NCBI RefSeq assembly: GCF_000315625.1 | Contig: NW_005434637.1 | Location: 184,671-248,670 of the forward strand | Reading direction: 5' to 3' | Source of the DNA: Guillardia theta CCMP2712 | Taxonomy: Eukaryota; Protista; Cryptophyta | Length of the DNA stretch: 64,000 bases | Shown: positions 13,163 to 24,749 of the stretch, one piece after another | Position numbering within the stretch: the first letter of the stretch is position 1 | Layout of the letters: each line of letters opens with the position of its first letter | The notes under the pieces: model-generated | Database searches by the model: none | What the model was told of the DNA's origin: nothing | What the model saw: only the letters and a program-made list of their open reading frames with translations | Translations under genes and position numbers: made by a program

Positions 13163-14697
13163 CTATCGTCCAATGGTTTTCTTTTCCGGCATGCAAGAAT
13201 CGACGCAGCAAGTGATGAGAGGTCCTATTTACAGAGAAGAAGCAGAGGGGAAACTTCCACAGGAGGACCGAGATGTCGATCGATGATGATGTCAAAAAAT
13301 AAGGTCGGGCTCACCAAAACTCTCCTCTCTTCCTCAAGGATCGCAACAAGTTTCTGTGGCAAAATATTGGGGGGGGTTCAGATAGTACAACCCCGGGGCC
13401 AAGAAAATGTAAAGACCTCTACAACGAGAACGATGGAGCTAGGATGGTTCTATACAAAGAAGAAAATTCTGCTCAAATGATAGGATTTCTCTTGAAACTG
13501 ACCTCTGTAAGTATTCGCGCTAATTCCGCACAGAACTCAAGCCACCGAGGTTTGGGAGGAAGCCAGATCAGAATTTCACGTGAGAGAAGGGGAAAGGAGA
13601 CGAGAGTTCAGCGATGGTTCGATCAGCACGAGGAGCAGGACGAGGCGAGCATGTAGGACGCGAGAGCACGACGTGCGACCGCCATCATGCAACAGTGTTG
13701 CGCATTTTGGCGGGAAGCCTCTTGCTGAAGGCCACAGATTCACAATCGTTGTCCCTCATCCCCCCTCAGCCAGCCCCCAAGCCTATCCTGAGCCCTCATC
13801 CCCCAACGTACGGATTTGACTTCCTCGACTCTGTCCTGCGATACTCATTTATACCGAATATTTGCGCTGGCCCTCAATGGACGTGACAGGCGAGACGGGA
13901 TCACGAGGGAAGCGCGCATTTAACAATATTTTAATTATGAGATCCGAATCATTGTACTTCAAACATATCCTTGTGACTCAAGGATATCAACATGATCTTT
14001 TTCAAAAGGTATCCACTTCGCAAAAAAAATATTTAACCGGTGTTACACCGGTCGCTACGCCGTCTTCACTGGCTGAGCAAGGGCCAAGACATTCCTATCT
14101 ATTTCACTAATGCGAAATGCGAGGGAACAATCCAAAGCCTTCCAGATCAAATTTCTATTGAGGTCGAGATGCCTCGAGAGAGACCTTTACTACATAGTCA
14201 CGAGGAAATGTGCTCACGGACTCATCTTCTTTGAAATCTAGCTAATGAGTACCCCTCCTTTTCTCATCACAAGTACGGGTCATTTACTAGTGGCCTCTAG
14301 GTCCCTAGGAAACCTGACCAGGCAATAGAGTCATATGTGGAGGTCTAGGACCAGAAACAATTTTTCACGATCTGGGAGTTGCAAAGGGAAACATAGACCA
14401 ATTTCAAAACATCTATTGAAACTTGTTGATAAATGTTCATTATTTCCATATCAATATCAAATGTTCATTGAAACAGTCACTCCAGACACCCCCCCTGTAA
14501 AAAACTATGATTGCACTCTTTAGTCGCGTTTGCTCCCTCGAAGTCAGCGGCAGATCAGGGGCACGAGGACTGAAGCAGGTTTAACCGAGGACAGGAGACG
14601 ATAAACACACTTTGCCCTGGTACAGACTACATCCTCCAGGTCAGAAGGGAGTGTACAAGAGCACTTATTCAGAACAACTGCGACAAGAGGAGCTGTA

Positions 14698-15348
14698 ATG
14701 ACGAGCAGATCGTTGTTTCATTCGCGGTTCAATGATGATGGGTCCATAACAAGGTCTGCACCTGTTCACGTTCAACCCAAGACTTCAAACTTCTCTTCCC
14801 TTTCCACAATGATGAGCATCATGATGGAAGACAGCATCTGGCTTGATCGGCACCAGAATGAGGTCCTGCAGAAGCGCAAGGCAGCTTCCTGCGGGACCAA
14901 GATCGAAGTGTTGGATGAAGAGGACAGCGCGCGTCCTTCAGCATCGTCTGCTGCAGAGCTTGAGAGTCAGTTCAACATGGACTTTGTTCCTCCTGCCGAG
15001 AACCATTTTGTCATCGACGAGTTCGTGAGGGGGGAGAGGAGCACAGCGACGGAGAAGACCATGGGGCTTATCATGCGGTTTACGCACACGACGGGATGCC
15101 CTCCACTTGCTGGGAAGAGACGAATTGAGGATGAGCAGAACTCATCTGCAGTGAAGAAAAGAGCTACACGTGACGAGCAGTCGAGACGTTCCTCGTCGTT
15201 TGAGGACCTGGGACTCGACCATTGCATGCTTGATGGAGTGGAGGAGGATCTTGCTGGAGAAGCAAGTCTTTCTGCCACGTTGAAGGGGATGCGTTCTAGT
15301 GAGTGCTCACATTGTGTTGACGTTACGATCCTCAAGAAAGTAGATTAG
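14698..15348 (+). CDS. intronless hypothetical protein (216 aa)
   Basis: Clean ATG ORF with coding-like composition and basic clusters (KRKAA, GKRRI, KKRA); AATAAA shortly downstream. Confidence 0.7.
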   Translation: MTSRSLFHSRFNDDGSITRSAPVHVQPKTSNFSSLSTMMSIMMEDSIWLDRHQNEVLQKRKAASCGTKIEVLDEEDSARPSASSAAELESQFNMDFVPPAENHFVIDEFVRGERSTATEKTMGLIMRFTHTTGCPPLAGKRRIEDEQNSSAVKKRATRDEQSRRSSSFEDLGLDHCMLDGVEEDLAGEASLSATLKGMRSSECSHCVDVTILKKVD

Positions 15349-15429
15349 GGAGTGCAGTCGCAAGGTTGCAATCCTGATGTTTCCAATTATGTCGAATAGA
15401 TCACAATAAAACAATGAAAGTCGAATGCT

Positions 15430-17150
15430 TCATGAGATTCATTGTTACTGTTAAAGTGCTAGGATTAACCTGATGCGACATATCGCGGTCACCAGGGCCT
15501 GGTAGCTCTCACACACGGGTGCGACATGTTGGTTCCACTCGCATCCTGGACATCAACGTCATCGTGATGAAGACGACAAGGAATCAAGTACATCTTGTTT
15601 CTTTGCCTTGACTTTGTCATACATGATCTGGAACAGCATGTCAGATCGCAAAGAGCTGCAGAAGTGATCTGCAGCTACGAACATCATGCATCAGGATATT
15701 GCTGGTTTTCCCTTTTGCCGACTCAGCGTAGAAAGTCTCTCCAGTGAAAGGATCAGCCGTGATGCGATGTCTCCCATGACCTTAATTGCATGCACAGTCA
15801 GCATGAAAAGAAGCAGGGGAAGGAAGATAAGAAGATACAGAGAAATTACGAACAGCGACAACCAACAAAGAGGAAGTCAGGAAGAGCAGGGTAGGAAGAT
15901 AAGAAGATGCAAGAGCTAAAGAGACATTACGAACAGGGACAACCAACAAAGAGGAAGTCATTTCAAGGGAAGAAAAGCACAGGATACAGAACAAAGATGA
16001 CAACCGCTGGTGCTTCTTCCAGCGGGAGGAAGGTTTTCCACAGGCGTTTTCGACACATCCGACCAGGTATTGGTACCCCTCGACGCTCTCCCATAGTTCT
16101 ACGTAACTAGTCATCACCATTGTCGATCAATCGGACGGGGCCAAGACCGAGTGATGCTCGTCTATCTTGCGGTATGACTCCTTCAATGCTTCGACCTTGT
16201 ACAGATATCAATCGGTGACAACCAAAGAGCAGTGCTTCCACCGCAAGTCGCTCGTTACGAACAGCTTCTGCATATCTTGGGACATTGTGTCAGCACTTGG
16301 ATGTTGTCAGCGGCATTTCAACCTGGGGTCGATTCTTGCGCCGCTAAGGTCGTCGGACCGTTTGCGTTGCTGAGTCAAGCATCAGTTGACGCACAACGGA
16401 ACCAAAAGATCACCTCTGAGGCCGCTGGAATAGAAAGTGTTTTCATCCTTTCAGAGACCTTTAGCCACTGTCATAACAAGTTTCACAATTTGACAGAGAT
16501 ATCACGTATGCTTCCATCTCGCGATTGAGCGCAAGAATATCTTTCTCCTGACCTCTCCGTCCTCTGTTTGCTTCGTTCCCAGAGTCCTCGCCATGCTGCG
16601 AAGTCTCTTCGCCTTGACCAGCAAGATTCGATCGTCGTCCGTACTTGATGACGCGCTCACTCTCAGCGTTCTCAAGTGCTGGCGTGTAATTTTGACTTGC
16701 AGGCCATTCAGTCTCAGCCTGACATGGCTGGACACTATCAATGGGCCCAGCAAAGTTGCGTGCATAATCGTATCCCCTAGGATCTTGGTTCTCATAGTCA
16801 TGGAATTGGTCGGAATAGGCATTTGCTTCCGCTCGAGCTTTCCTATAACCTCATCAGTCCTTCTGCAGGTTGAGCCCCGGACACGACAGACCTTAACTTC
16901 TCCATTAATTCTTCATCCGTGAGGTTCTCGAAACCTGACAAGAACACAACCGTCGCAATCCTCGAACATGGAATTTGCCATATGATGCAAACCTGTTGAC
17001 GATGAATGATAGCCTTGCGGATCCTCTTGGAGGAACTGCAGGAGAACAGTCAAAGAGTCCACTAAATTCAGTCTGAAATCCCAAGAACCACCTCTTGATA
17101 ATTAGTTGGAACTTCGGTTGAGGGTTGCTCCAGATAATTTTCTTTGTTTA
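15430..17150 (-). CDS. multi-exon hypothetical protein (boundaries approximate)
   Basis: Coding-like exons (DDDRILLVKAKRLRSMARTLG...; YVELWESVEGYQYLVGCVENACGK) separated by short GT-AG introns. Confidence 0.5.
15811..15960. repeat. ~70-75-bp imperfect tandem duplication (probably intronic)
   Basis: AGGAAGATAAGAAGAT...ATTACGAACAG(C/G)GACAACCAACAAAGAGGAAGTCA occurs twice. Confidence 0.85.
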
Positions 17151-17225
17151 GATCACTCCCTGTCGATAACGCACGACGTGTCAGTTGGGGCGAGCACAAA
17201 GGTCTAGAAAGTTAACCTGGTTTCT

Positions 17226-18420
17226 TCAAATGGCCAGAGTCTTGAGGAATGGAACCACCATTCTAGGAGGCAAAAAATTCAATACTGCAGAATCCAACGA
17301 ATTGAGACTGCCCCTTACAAAGTAGGTAGAGCTTGCAGCTTGTGGGAGTGTTGGGAGATTTTTCGTATTTTGCTTGAATTTCATGATCACCTGACGTATC
17401 TGAAGCACATCGATCACGAATAGAAGGCAAAGACCATCACCAACATCATCATCCTTGGCCAACTGCACAGCAGTTTTTTCATCCTTAGTGATCATATTCG
17501 TGCTTGCACCATTCTCCAGCAAGAGAGAAACCAAATCCTGCAGAAACAAGATTATGTCACAGGATGCCTTTTTCCTCGCCTTTCACCAGGTATCCATGTT
17601 TTGCAGCTAAGTGCAAGCACGTGTAGCCCTGTTCGCCCTTGGGAAATCCCGAATCATTCGCGCACGTCTTTCAAAACCAAATCTACTCACTTGCATGTCA
17701 ACATCAGCTCCAGCTTCCAAGCAGTATTTGACAATATCAATCCTTCAATTGATCACAATAGCAACGATCAATCTTCGAAGGGAATCTACCTGTTGTAGAA
17801 TGCAGCATGATGGAATGGGGTGTTTCCACGGCATGTTGCCCAGTTTTTCTGCCTCCTGTCGTGGAAAAATCTTGAGTTGACAACTCGCAGTAAACGCTGT
17901 GCACGAACCTCTGCAAGAAGTTAGCTCCACCTTCTTCGACTAGAACTCGGAACACAGGGAGATAGCCAATGTACGCGGCATGATGAAGAATGCTCCTACA
18001 TGACTTTCAACGGCTGACGAAGAGCAGCGCATTTTCAACCTCCCACCATTCCCCGCTGCTTCCTTTCGGACCCATCCATCAGGAGCAATGCAGTCAACTT
18101 TCGCTCCCTTAATTCAGATCAGAATTTGATTTCCCTCACGTCTTTGAATTAAGAAAAAATAAAAACAAAACACTCTCTCGGTAGTGACATTGAAACATAC
18201 TGGAAAAATGCAGACAAGACAGGAATCTGATAGCACAGAAACAAAACAGGAATCAACTCACATCCCCTCTTCCCCCCCTTCACGCATGCTCCCTCCCTTT
18301 CAGTCAGCTGATGTATCCATAACTTGTTCTCACCTTCTTCAAACATTCTCTGACTTGCAGCACATCCCTCCTTGTCACCGCCTCCCACAGCTCATCCTCC
18401 CGCCATCTGGCTGTCGCCAT
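17226..18420 (-). CDS. ankyrin-repeat protein (multi-exon)
   Basis: Exons give ELWEAVTRRDVLQVRECLKK, SILHHAAYIGYLPVFRVLVEEGGAN, GNTPFHHAAFYN, GYTCLHLAAKHGY and LVSLLLENGASTNMITKDEKTAVQLA. Confidence 0.9.
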
Positions 18421-18643
18421 CTCCCGCCTTTTGTGAATCGGGACCGGGGCCCGCGACAGTCTCGGCCGGCCCGGGCCCGGGTGGCCAACCAAAAAGCACT
18501 AACGTAACTGAGTAAACTTTGAACTCTAAACTCCTAAACTTTGAGCACAGGAGTAAAAGGCACAAAGTTCCGCACGTCGGCCCGGCCGGGCCGCGCGGCT
18601 GGAGTCCGATCTGCGTTGGGAACGCAACGGATGGCCTCGTATC

Positions 18644-18671
18644 TTTTTACTCAAAGATAAGTTAAAAAAAA
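18644..18671 (+). repeat. 22-bp box, copy 2
   Basis: TTTTTACTCAAAGATAAGTTAAAAAAAA (1 mismatch), beside GC island 18440-18610. Confidence 0.85.
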
Positions 18672-19262
18672 GTGGGGCTTACAGGGCGATAAAGGCTATT
18701 CGATCTGAAGAGCCAGCCTACGGCATCCAACAGTTGAGATGACCGTCAGCACAGTGATAAAAGATCTTTTGTCCTCAGGTCCCGAAAAGAAAGATGTAAT
18801 ATCTGAGTGAACGTTTCAAAATGTAGAGAGTGTTTTCAAAATCTTGCTGCCTTTGACCTCCTATCTCAGCGGTTTGACATACTAGAAAAATACACTGAAA
18901 GCACTGTAAACCTGAGGAAAAATGTCAGCAAATGTCATCGGTGCAGGTATGAACATTGAAAATATCTCTTTTCGAGAACAACGGATGGATGCGCCCCTTC
19001 CTAGTGATTCTAAGAATAGATTGCTTGCTTCCTGCCGTCGCGCTACGCTCTTTTGGCAGACACAACATTGTATCTCTTGTATCTATCGTGCCTATCATCA
19101 CCTTATCTTTCTCATCCGTGAAGATCCTGACCATTTCTCCCATCCTTCCTGCTGTTCTTTCCTCTTTCTGTCTCACCGTCGCCCATTTTCTTGTTGGAAA
19201 AACGTTTCTCACACATTGAAATTGAAAACACAATCCCAAACATAAGGCAACTTACTACTGCA

Positions 19263-19526
19263 ATGGCACACAAACTGAGCCTCGACCAAGATGGAAACAG
19301 AAGCAGGGATATTCTATTGGCGGACATTGAAACTTGGAAATGCAGAGACAGTTCAGAAAGACGAGTTCCAGACATTGGCCTTTGCGAGCAGAATATCAAA
19401 AGTGTTTCAGATTCTAATGAGAAAAAAGCCAAGAACTACGAAACCATTTGGAAGAAACATATAGAAATCCGAAAGTCTGAATTGGAGTCGAACGAAGAGC
19501 TACAGAAATGGTTGAATCTTTGGTAG
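19263..19526 (+). CDS. small protein with C-terminal ELQKWLNLW motif (paralog of 19804-20127)
   Basis: ATG at 19263; C-terminal ~30 aa align with the convergent neighbour. Confidence 0.7.
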   Translation: MAHKLSLDQDGNRSRDILLADIETWKCRDSSERRVPDIGLCEQNIKSVSDSNEKKAKNYETIWKKHIEIRKSELESNEELQKWLNLW

Positions 19527-19803
19527 TCCTTGTTCATTTGCTGTGAAATAAAGAATGTATATCTGAAGTTTTTATGTATAAGTGCAAATGCAATGGAACA
19601 AAATCAGATGACCATTAACCAATCAAGGAGATTGAGATTGATCAAGAAATCTTATTTTGGACTGGGATTTTCATCGAAGGTCACGACATGACACTCGTCA
19701 AGAAGGAATATATTAACAAGAAAATTTGCGATAAAATTATCAATACACAACAAACTACTAATCAAGACTAAAATGTGTCGTCTTTCAAACTAAACTGAAT
19801 CAT

Positions 19804-20127
19804 CTACCATATGTTGAGCCACTTCTGCAGCTCATCAGAGTTTTCAAGATCCTTTTTAACATCATCAAAGTGGTTCTTGAGAACTTGTTCGTACCTCGTG
19901 GTGCCAACCGGATATTCATAAGTACAGAAAGAGACACTTGATCTGTTTTTGACCATCTCGATCAATTCTTTAGAGTCATGGGAATTGCTCGTCTTATTTG
20001 AAAACATGGAATTATTGGTTTGAGAAGACGTGTGTGTCTTTTTTGTTTCGTCCATGCTTACATTGGTTCCAAAATGATTCCGCAATTTGTCCGCTTCTGC
20101 TTGCTTCATTGTGTGACAAGAAGGCAA
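19804..20127 (-). CDS. small protein with C-terminal ELQKWLNIW motif (paralog of 19263-19526)
   Basis: 107-aa ORF ending YEQVLKNHFDDVKKDLENSDELQKWLNIW*. Confidence 0.7.
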   Translation of the reverse strand: MPSCHTMKQAEADKLRNHFGTNVSMDETKKTHTSSQTNNSMFSNKTSNSHDSKELIEMVKNRSSVSFCTYEYPVGTTRYEQVLKNHFDDVKKDLENSDELQKWLNIW

Positions 20128-20545
20128 GATTGATCTTTTGAATGTTTCCTGAACGGTATGTTTCGAAAAAGAAATGATTTCAATGCCTTGTTGTAAAACT
20201 CATCAACGATGATGAGATTGAGATGATGGATCGTCGAATAGTAAGATTGACACGAAAGGCTAGGATAAAGGCTGTGATGAAGGTTGGCGGGAAGGAAAGG
20301 GAAGAAGGGAGGGAGGGTGGAAAGGCAGGAAGACAGGCAGGCAGGCAGGCAGGAAGACAGGCAGGCAGGCAGGCCAGGCAGGCAGGAAAGCAGCAGAAGC
20401 CAAAGGGATCTGAAACTCCTCCATTTCGATTCTTTAGCACCTTGAGGATGTAAAACGATGTCGGTTGAGTAAAACCAAACTTGGTAGTAGCCTATCTCCC
20501 AATTCAAGTTTCTACCCCGGCGTTACCCGCACCGTGACATAACCT

Positions 20546-20570
20546 TTTACTCAAAGTTAAGTTAAAAATC
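20546..20570 (+). repeat. 22-bp box, copy 3
   Basis: TTTACTCAAAGTTAAGTTAAAAATC at the left edge of a GC island. Confidence 0.9.
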
Positions 20571-20574
20571 GTGA

Positions 20575-21300
20575 TAGTCCGTCAAGGTTACCCGGTCACT
20601 GCCAGGCTGAGAGCCTCACCCACCGGGGCCCGGGCGGGCCCAGGGGGCCGCGCCGCGGGCCCGGGCCCACCCAAATTTCAAATTTTTGTCAGGCTCTCTC
20701 AGTGAGGCCCCGCCGGGGGGCCGGCCGCCGGGCCGGGCCTGCCGCGGCCCGGCGTACCGTCCGGTCGTCACGGTACGGAGTACGGTTTCACAGTCACGGT
20801 AGTACGGTCCGCCGGTCCGACGGTACGGTCACGCCCGGCGGCCGCCGGGCCGGGACTGAGTGCACTTGAAGTGACACTGCCGGGCCGGTGACGCCGTGGC
20901 ACAGCACGGCCGGGCCGGGCCGCCCGGCCGGCCCTCAGGGCCTCGGCGCGGCCGAGCCGCCGCCGCCACTGGCAGTGAGCCGCTGAGCCGCAGTGAGCGG
21001 CGGCCCTCAGCTCAGGCGGGGCCCGGCACTGACTCACTGAGTCGGACGGTCACGGCGGCGGCGGCCCGGACTGGGGCGGCGGCGGCCCGGACCGTACTGG
21101 CCCGCGGCGCCCCGGCCCGGCCGCGCGAAACAGGCTTTGAAACTACGGCCGCGGCAGTGAACTCGGAAGTTTTCAGGCACCGTGACGGTGCCAGTAACTA
21201 GGCTCAGGGACCGAGTGTCCTGGCAGTGGCCCGGGCTGAGGCTGCAACCGTGAACGCGCGGCCGCGACGGTACCGTACGGCGGTACGCCGGTAATCTAGA
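20575..21300. other. large GC-rich CCGG/GGCC/GTCAC/CAGT island
   Basis: Very GC-rich non-tandem sequence built from short palindromic words. Confidence 0.8.
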
Positions 21301-21514
21301 CAGCCCGCCTATCTGAACCGAATCAGCGACTGCCCTCCGCCAAAACTTTACTGATTTCAAACACCACGGCCCATCATGAGCAGCAAGCCTTGAAGCCTGA
21401 GACCAACCGTGCGTCCAAAGTTGAGTCAACTTGGCTGAACCGTCCGAGTGACTGCGGCTTCCGGGGCCTTCCGAAGTTCGCACACTGGCACCACCACCTT
21501 GGCGCGGCTTCCGC

Positions 21515-23642
21515 CCATTCTGGGGTCAAACCGCGTTGGTCTTTATTAACGCAAAAGAGGAATGCGTATGCTGTTCTCATAGGATACCGGTGGTGGTGTA
21601 CCCCATCGTTTTTGAGGGGTGGTGCTCGGTAATATCAGTGGTAGGGGTGCTTCAAATTTTGAACTGGCGTGTCCATTTGTTTTAACGGTAATGAATTGTT
21701 TATTCGAATCCGTGGTACAAGCAGTTGTACTGAGTAACGGTTTATAACTGCTGTTTTGTACCATCTAAAACAATTTTGATGACCCACCCTATCGATGAGG
21801 GTGGGGAAACACTCCCCATCATTCCCATCGTCAAATCGCACACCGTCATGCTGAGCCGCCGGGCGAGCACAGCAGCCAGGTCAGCGAGCTGCCACCATGA
21901 GCACAGGTGAAGGACTGCCGAGTAAGAAGATGATCGCAAGGTACACTTGGCATCAAGAATCCAGCATAAATTCTTACTTGGTGATCTTGCAGGAGTGGAT
22001 CAATCTGCATGAGTTCGTCATCCTACATGTCCGACGACTAAGTCAATCGTATCATCAATGTTCTCTTCAAGACTTCTGGGCTCTCAGAGTAATGTACTTT
22101 ATCTGAAAAGTGAACTGAATAATAATATCTGTAAGACAATGACGAGTTCACTTAATTAAGGCGCAATCACATCTCACTTGACTCCCTCCTCGGCATGTCT
22201 TCTGTACGCTTCGTTACATCGTTGCTTCACACGTTCAGAAAAAGTTTGATGATATTTGAATTTTTGCCTAAACCCTAATTACTTGACTCTCACGAAGCTC
22301 TTGTTGAAGTATCTCCCCTCCCCTCTCCAAACTCTCCTCACTCAAGTCCTTTGCATGTTCGCACATTTGGTGAAATGCATGAACTTTGCTTTGCTTCCCT
22401 AATGGCGGAGCTGTTGACGTCCAATTAAGCCTCAGATCATATCAGAGATCAAGTCTCGAGCTTGTCAGCTTGCATGCAAGAATCCATTGTGCGTTGCAAT
22501 CAGACTGACATGAATGTAGAATCAAGGTTGGAGGTGATATCTGATTTGACATTTATTATTCATTCGAAGCATTTATCTCAGGATGTCGAACTACCAGCAA
22601 ATTGACACGGACTCCCAGTCAATGATAATGACAACCACAATAGCATATGGTGCGCGCACAACAGAATCGAAGCACATGCTGTAGGTGCACTGCCATCCAA
22701 CACCGTGCCGTTGGGTTTGCTGTCTTCAAGATTTTTCAATATTGTTTGTCACAAAGTGGCAAGGCTTTGAGCATGTGGACATGGATATATACAAGACTAT
22801 GCATCTTCACAAAGTGGTTTTTAAGTCATGCAACAAGAGATGCATCATTCAAAGGCGGAGAAGTACAAACATGATGTGAACAAGTAATGTGGCACAGTGA
22901 AGCATCTCTCATAAATATGATATTCCATCCAGTACATGAAGATGAAGGTCTTCGTGGAATAAAGGTCTTGGAATCTTGTAATCATGTGCGTTTCAGCTGC
23001 AACCATTCAGAACCTAGTTATCAACATCGCCATGCTTTTGCTACTTGTTCACAACGATTAAAAAATGAACAATCCACAGCAGAACTCTCTAACTGTGTGA
23101 TGTAATGAGTTCATTTGCACCTTTTCCTCTCACAAAATACTTTCGAGTCTCTTCATGCTCGTGTGTGTTCGTGGTATACTCGTCCCCATCAATGGATGCG
23201 TTCAACAAACCAAACTTTGAAAACAGATTATGGCATTGTAACATTTTCACCAACCGGCACAGCGGGTTTGACGAAGAGAAATATTGATGAGGCTCACCTG
23301 CTGCAAGTGACTGCAACTTGGGCAAACATGCTCGCACAAAACTCAAACACTGAAGACAAGGATCGGCAGAGAAGAGCTTCGCGACATGAGAGCAGAATGG
23401 TGAGGGGAGACGCGCTGGGGTAGTGGGTGGAGGCGTGTAGAATTAAAACATTTTAGAAGGTACCAAGAAACGATAAGCTAAACTTCCAAAATCACTTTTA
23501 ATCACGGTTTTGAATATGGTTTGAATTTCAACAGTACAAAATTTCAACCTGCGCAAATCACACGCCGTGTACCCCCATTTTCCCATGCACCACCCCCTTG
23601 AAGATATAGGGCAAAAACCAACGCGGTTTGACCCCAGAATGG
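21515..23642. mobile_element. putative non-autonomous TIR DNA transposon (~2.1 kb)
   Basis: Perfect 26-bp inverted repeat CCATTCTGGGGTCAAACCGCGTTGGT (21515-21540 / 23617-23642), degenerate inverted similarity continuing ~200-260 bp inward, no intact long ORF inside. Confidence 0.75.
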
Positions 23643-23696
23643 CCGTACGGTCCCACACCCACGGTGGCTGCGCAACGAGCCTTCCGAGTAGACACC

Positions 23697-23770
23697 TCTA
23701 CTCAAAGTTAAGTTAAAGATCAGTACGAGGACAATCAGGAGAGTCGAGGAGGCTTGACCCTGACACTGTC
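23697..23770 (+). repeat. 22-bp box plus stem-loop extension, copy 4
   Basis: TCTACTCAAAGTTAAGTTAAAGATCA followed by 48 bp identical to 6790-6837. Confidence 0.9.
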
Positions 23771-24227
23771 GCACTCAGATTATGCCTGGCAGATCCTGAG
23801 TATCATACAGTACGCCGGGTACCCGGATACGGCAGTGTCAGCTGAGTCCACGCCGAAGGCTGACACACTGTTTGTGACTCTGAGCCACCGTGTGAACGTT
23901 GAACGAGTGAATCAAGCTGAGATATTCTTTCTAATATGCAAAAGTTACGTTTGTTGCCAACATACACGGAGAATCACGTTTTTCGTCAATCCGCTTTACA
24001 AGACGAACACGCCGGGCCAGCATCTGGAAACACAATCAAGAGGTCAAATGTAATTTACGATCCCTGATGCTTCCAAATGTCTGTCGCCTTACTGGAGACA
24101 TGGATGCCGTCGAAAGACGCAGCTTGTACGGAGGAACAGCAAATCAGAAAAAACGTTTGTTCTTTATTTTACACGAAAGAATAATCTATATCTACATGTT
24201 GATGTATCTTTTCCATCACTATTCGAC

Positions 24228-24698
24228 CTATTGATCACGACGCCGAGTGACAACATTTGCATAAAATCGACTTCCACTTCCACTCTTGATCGACTTTGAA
24301 TTCTTGAATGAGCTAGATGGTGAAATGTTTGATATGTGTGGCGCTCTCTTTTCGACTGAACACTTGTGGGTAGACTCGTTGCTAGATGTTCGTGATTGAA
24401 CCTCAGTGGAACATCTACTATCAACACTGTTGCTCCGAAGCTGACCATAAACGTTAAAGCCATTATCAATCTTCGGAATTTCAGGAAGGTCATTATCCTT
24501 CTTTAGTTTTGGCGAAGTGCTTTCCTCCTTCTCGCTTCCTTTGTGCTTGGAGAGCTGTCGCACACTGAAAGCTACGATCAACATACTGAAGAGCATCATG
24601 TACACGGTCGCCATTCGAATAATTGAGTTCCTCTCTGCATTCAATGTCTGAATCTCAAGGAGGAGCCTTTCTCTAATCGCTTCCTGTGGTGTGGCCAT
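24228..24698 (-). CDS. intronless single-TM hypothetical protein
   Basis: 156-aa ATG ORF with hydrophobic MATVYMMLFSMLIVAFSV; CTATATAT ~45 bp upstream. Confidence 0.65.
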   Translation of the reverse strand: MATPQEAIRERLLLEIQTLNAERNSIIRMATVYMMLFSMLIVAFSVRQLSKHKGSEKEESTSPKLKKDNDLPEIPKIDNGFNVYGQLRSNSVDSRCSTEVQSRTSSNESTHKCSVEKRAPHISNISPSSSFKNSKSIKSGSGSRFYANVVTRRRDQ

Positions 24699-24741
24699 GT
24701 CTTCGCGCGCTTGCTTCTGCGCGTTTGCCTGGCGGAGCGGG

Positions 24742-24749
24742 ATATATAG
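24742..24749 (-). promoter_or_regulatory. candidate TATA-like box
   Basis: CTATATAT on the minus strand ~45 bp upstream of ATG 24698; similar spacing at 52946-52952. Confidence 0.45.

Noticed and set aside
20768-21483. Pro/Gly/Arg/Ala-rich ORFs in GC islands (also 6889-7269, 27828-28187, 52084-52713, 56500-57115)
   Set aside because: Stop codons are rare because of extreme GC content; no protein-like features
22647-23423. Short ORFs inside the TIR element as a transposase or Fanzor
   Set aside because: No DDE, RuvC or zinc-ribbon motifs recognisable; frames are fragmented
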